Shown: piece after piece, positions 47,503 through 50,901 of the stretch
Position numbering within the stretch: the stretch's first letter is position 1
How the letters are laid out: the number at the start of each line of letters is the position of its first letter
Assembly (NCBI GenBank): GCA_947587605.1
Contig: CANPYB010000001.1
Coordinates: forward strand, 1-50,901
Length of the DNA: 50,901 nucleotides
Direction of reading: 5' to 3'
Origin: Candidatus Gastranaerophilales bacterium
GTDB taxonomy: Bacteria; Cyanobacteriota; Vampirovibrionia; Gastranaerophilales; Gastranaerophilaceae
Notes under the pieces: model-generated
The model's database searches: none
What the model was told of the DNA's origin: nothing
What the model saw: the letters and a program-made list of their open reading frames with translations, nothing else
Made by a program: the position numbers and the translations under genes

Positions 47503-49191
47503 TTATTTAATGTTTGAGAAAGTCCAAGCGTCAGTTGCGGGAGCTGTTGCTGCTTGATAATCCTGCCCTGATACTCCGCCTTCGTCACTTCCATGAGCTA
47601 TCGGTTTATACAATCTGTTATAGTATTCAATAACCATTCTGTCTGAGTTAAAGTATGATTCGGCAGTTCTTATAGCCTGTCTCATCATTATTGCCCACTT
47701 GGTTTTATCATTATAGTATGTAGGAATAATTTGATTTTCAATTATATCCATCATACATTCGTAATCTTTTCTGTGTCTTTCTTCCCAAGGAATGTTATCA
47801 TCTAAGCCGGGATATTCAATTGTATAGCCGTTAATTCCGGGGAATGTACCTTCTACCGTCCAGCCATCGAATGTTGATAAGTGGAGAGCTCCGTTTGCAT
47901 TTGCACTCATACCTGATGTTCCTGATGCTTCAAACGGTCTTAACGGAGTATTTAACCAGATATCTGATGCTCTTTTTAATTTACCGCTTAAGTCAAGTTC
48001 GTATCCTGTTAATACAACAACATTTTTCATTGAATATGAACTTCTTAAGATTTTATTAAACATTTCCTTACCGATAACATCATCGGGGTGGAATTTACCT
48101 GCAAAGATTAACTGAACTTTATTTTCATTTAAGAGTTTTAATATTCTGTTTTCATCCATGAATATTAACCAAGCACGTTTATAATCAGCAAATCTGCGAG
48201 CCCATGTTATTGTTAAAACATTCGGGTCTAATCTTTTACCTACAGTATTTGCGATAAATTCAAATACTTCTTTTTTCATTTCCTTTTTAGCTTCTAACAG
48301 GGCTTCAAGGTTATCTGTTTTCATTCTGTCATCTTGCCAGTAATGAAGATTAACGGCATTAGTAATAGCTCTAATCGGACATCTGCCCTCAACCCAGTTC
48401 CACATTTTATTAGAAACTAAGCCGTGGAGCTGAGATACTGCATTAGCCAGCCTTGACATTCTTAATGCTGCAACTGTTAAAGAGAATTGCTCTCCGCCTA
48501 ACTGAACCGCTTCTTCTCTGCTTCTTCCGGCAAAAAATCCGCCTTTTAATAAGTTATCTACCCAGTGTACTTCATTACCTGCAGCTACAGGAGTGTGAGT
48601 TGTAAATACAACTTTTTCTCTTACTTTAGCCAAATCACCGTTATATTGACTTAATAATTCAAAAGCGGCAGGAAGTGCATGACCTTCATTTAAGTGAACG
48701 CAATCATATTTGTAGCCTATTTTATCAAGAAGTCTTATACCTGCAATACCAAGTACGGTTTCTTGCGCTATTCTTATTTTTTCGTTCCCGTCATAAAGTT
48801 TATGCGAAATTGATTTAGCCCAGTCTGAATTTCCCTCAATATCAGTTGTTAAGAAATAAACAGGGCATGTATCAAATATTCCCGGGTCTAACTTGTATGC
48901 TTTTACTTTTACTTTTTCACCGTATATTTCAACTTCTACAGATTCATTTATATCGGTTAAAAAGTCATAGTGTTTTCTTATATATGCAACTTCAACATTT
49001 CCGTCATGGTCAATTCTTTGATTGTAGTATCCGTATGACCATAACATTGTTACACCTACCATAGGCATTTGCAGGTATCCTGCGGATAGCATGTGCGACC
49101 CTGCTAAAAATCCCAATCCGCCTGAATATGTTGCTATTGATTGGTCAATTGCTATTTCCATTGAGAAATATGCTACGTTTGGTAATCCCAT
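47503..49191 (-). CDS. alpha-glucan phosphorylase family (GT35) protein, short form, PLP lysine apparently absent
   Basis: Family motifs WARRFADYKR and EASGTSGMSANANGALHLSTFDGW. Canonical enzymes read MK at the MS position. Confidence 0.8.
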   Translation of the reverse strand: MGLPNVAYFSMEIAIDQSIATYSGGLGFLAGSHMLSAGYLQMPMVGVTMLWSYGYYNQRIDHDGNVEVAYIRKHYDFLTDINESVEVEIYGEKVKVKAYKLDPGIFDTCPVYFLTTDIEGNSDWAKSISHKLYDGNEKIRIAQETVLGIAGIRLLDKIGYKYDCVHLNEGHALPAAFELLSQYNGDLAKVREKVVFTTHTPVAAGNEVHWVDNLLKGGFFAGRSREEAVQLGGEQFSLTVAALRMSRLANAVSQLHGLVSNKMWNWVEGRCPIRAITNAVNLHYWQDDRMKTDNLEALLEAKKEMKKEVFEFIANTVGKRLDPNVLTITWARRFADYKRAWLIFMDENRILKLLNENKVQLIFAGKFHPDDVIGKEMFNKILRSSYSMKNVVVLTGYELDLSGKLKRASDIWLNTPLRPFEASGTSGMSANANGALHLSTFDGWTVEGTFPGINGYTIEYPGLDDNIPWEERHRKDYECMMDIIENQIIPTYYNDKTKWAIMMRQAIRTAESYFNSDRMVIEYYNRLYKPIAHGSDEGGVSGQDYQAATAPATDAWTFSNIK

Positions 49192-49333
49192 TGGGTACTC
49201 CTTTTATAATCTGAACATTGTCTAATCTATCGTCTAGTATCTATACCTTTATATCAACAAGATAACAAAAAAGCAAATTTTTCTCTACTTTTTTATTTTT
49301 TTATTTACACTTTATCTTAAATTACTTGATATA

Positions 49334-49873
49334 TTAGTAATTTTTAGACTTTTCAAAGAAGAAGCTTTTTGGATGTGCACAAACAGGGCATGTTTCAACT
49401 GCTGCATTTCCTTTGTATGAATAACCGCAATTCGCGCATTCCCAAACAATTTCTTCTTCTTTTTGGAATACCGTATTACCTTTTATATTTTGTAAGAGCT
49501 TTCTGTATCTTTCTTCATGGTCTTTTTCTATTTGAGCAACTTTTTCAAACAGGAAAGCAATTTCATTAAAGCCTTCTTCTCTTGCTTCTTTTGCAAATTG
49601 AGCATACATTTCAGTCCACTCATAATTTTCGCCGTTTGCAGCGTCTTCCAGATTTTCTATAGTAGAAGCTACTTTTCCGCCATGGAGAAGTTTAAACCAT
49701 ATTTTTGCATGCTCTTTTTCGTTATTTGCCGTTTCTTCAAATATTTTGCTTATTTGAACATATCCGTCTTTTTTGGCTTGGGCGCTGTAGTATGTATATT
49801 TATTTCTTGCCTGTGATTCGCCCGCAAATGCTTCCATTAAGTTCTTTTCTGTTTTTGAACCTTTTAATTCCAT
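49334..49873 (-). CDS. rbr: rubrerythrin
   Basis: Ferritin-like diiron domain ([17 protein letters not shown]) plus a C-terminal rubredoxin-like CANCGY...CPVCAHP. Confidence 0.9.
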   Translation of the reverse strand: MELKGSKTEKNLMEAFAGESQARNKYTYYSAQAKKDGYVQISKIFEETANNEKEHAKIWFKLLHGGKVASTIENLEDAANGENYEWTEMYAQFAKEAREEGFNEIAFLFEKVAQIEKDHEERYRKLLQNIKGNTVFQKEEEIVWECANCGYSYKGNAAVETCPVCAHPKSFFFEKSKNY

Positions 49874-50095
49874 ACTTTTCTCCTTGTTAATTTAATATGT
49901 AAATTATTACATTAAAATCTTATGTTCAAAACTTAATAAATATGTTTTTGAGTTTAATTTTAACATACTCTTATAAATTTTACATAAACAGATTTTAAAC
50001 TCTATTTACACATCAGAAAAACAGGTAATGATATAACTCACAACCTGTTATTCCGTAAAATATTAATTTAGTGACCTAAGGTCGTTTATACAAAA

Positions 50096-50901
50096 TCAAT
50101 AGGTTACATTTTTTAAGCATTTTAATTTCCGACCATCAAAGAAAAATGCTTTAGCAGCTTTTTTTGTTCCGTCAGCTGCTTCTTTAGTCCCTTTTTGAAA
50201 AATAGGTAATTCTCCATCTTCAAAGGCAAGTAATGTAGCAGCTTCCTTTGTTCCGCCTAATGAAAATTTATTACCTTTTTGAATTTGAAATAATTTTCCA
50301 TCTTTAAAGAAAAATATTTTAGCAGATTTCTCTGTTGAGTCTGCTAAGTTCTTATAACCCATACGAAATTCAGATAATTTCCCATCATTAAATAAAAATG
50401 ATTTGGCAGTTTGTTCTGTTAAGTCAGCGTATTCTTTATAATATTTATCACAATTAATTAATTTACCATCTTCAAATAAAAATGATTTAGCTGTTTCTTT
50501 TGATCCGTCGGCTAATTCATTAAAATCTTTAGCACACTCAGTTAATTTCCCATCACTAAATATAAACGCTTTAGTAGTTTTCCATGTTCCATCTGCTCTT
50601 GCTTTAAGACCTGTTATCAATTGATATAATTTCCCATCTTCAAAGATAAACATTTTAGCAGCTTCACCTGTTCCGTCAGCAAGTTCTTTCATACCTTCTA
50701 TTATGTGTGTTATACTGTTATTTTCTAAGTATACAACATCTTTTAATCCTTTTTCTTTATAAGTTTCAATGCTGTTAATAATAACTTTATTATTTATTAA
50801 TGTAAAAGATGATTTTCTTTTTAAAATACCTTCTTGTAATTCTTCAAAAACTTTTTGTCCGTTTTCTTCTTTTATTTTTTCGGGACTTGATTTTAATGCT
50901 T
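50096..50901 (-). CDS. tandem-repeat protein (about six 33-34-aa repeats), 5'-truncated by the window edge
   Basis: Repeat unit ADGTxExAKxFxFEDGKL. By hand translation the frame stays open from 50692 to 50901, so the true start lies outside the window. Confidence 0.6.
   Translation of the reverse strand, partial: ALKSSPEKIKEENGQKVFEELQEGILKRKSSFTLINNKVIINSIETYKEKGLKDVVYLENNSITHIIEGMKELADGTGEAAKMFIFEDGKLYQLITGLKARADGTWKTTKAFIFSDGKLTECAKDFNELADGSKETAKSFLFEDGKLINCDKYYKEYADLTEQTAKSFLFNDGKLSEFRMGYKNLADSTEKSAKIFFFKDGKLFQIQKGNKFSLGGTKEAATLLAFEDGELPIFQKGTKEAADGTKKAAKAFFFDGRKLKCLKNVTY

Overview
AT-rich (about 30% G+C by eye, not computed) bacterial chromosomal window. All family calls rest on motif recognition; no searches were run. 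The backbone is tightly packed housekeeping genes: sppA, a phosphoglucomutase/phosphomannomutase, pth, ligA, cysE-tyrS, hpf, a ROK glucokinase, a leuD-like gene, an alpha-glucan phosphorylase, rubrerythrin, MTHFS, an EnvC-like M23 peptidase and an LptD-like protein. That gene set suggests an anaerobic diderm; the lineage cannot be assigned from sequence alone. Three tRNAs are present: Arg-TCT, CAT-anticodon and Ser-GGA. Two accessory insertions stand out. (1) A ~9.5-kb island (10088-19663) is bounded by 50-bp direct repeats that duplicate the 3' end of an EamA transporter gene. It carries a 180-aa tyrosine recombinase and a nine-gene sugar-modification cluster. Just downstream of the recombinase, two lox/FRT-like sites in inverted orientation bracket a 129-bp segment in front of the glycosyltransferase operon, a candidate invertible switch. 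Inside the same operon three homopolymeric G tracts (G9, G9, G10) sit in an acetyltransferase and two methyltransferases; two are currently out of frame by one G. Together these suggest a mobile glycan-modification locus with two independent layers of phase variation. (2) A two-m5C-methyltransferase plus DUF3883-like nuclease R-M cassette (37937-41267) lies between 17-bp direct repeats that duplicate the region downstream of tRNA-Ser. It sits next to a UvrD-type helicase fused to a Cas4/AddB-like Fe-S nuclease. Smaller observations:
- a structured-RNA candidate co-transcribed with the CAT-anticodon tRNA
- a G+C-rich 32-bp repeat pair downstream of pth
- a stand-alone MshEN (c-di-GMP receptor) motif protein
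- a glucan phosphorylase lacking the PLP lysine
- a decarboxylase/radical-SAM/EamA operon
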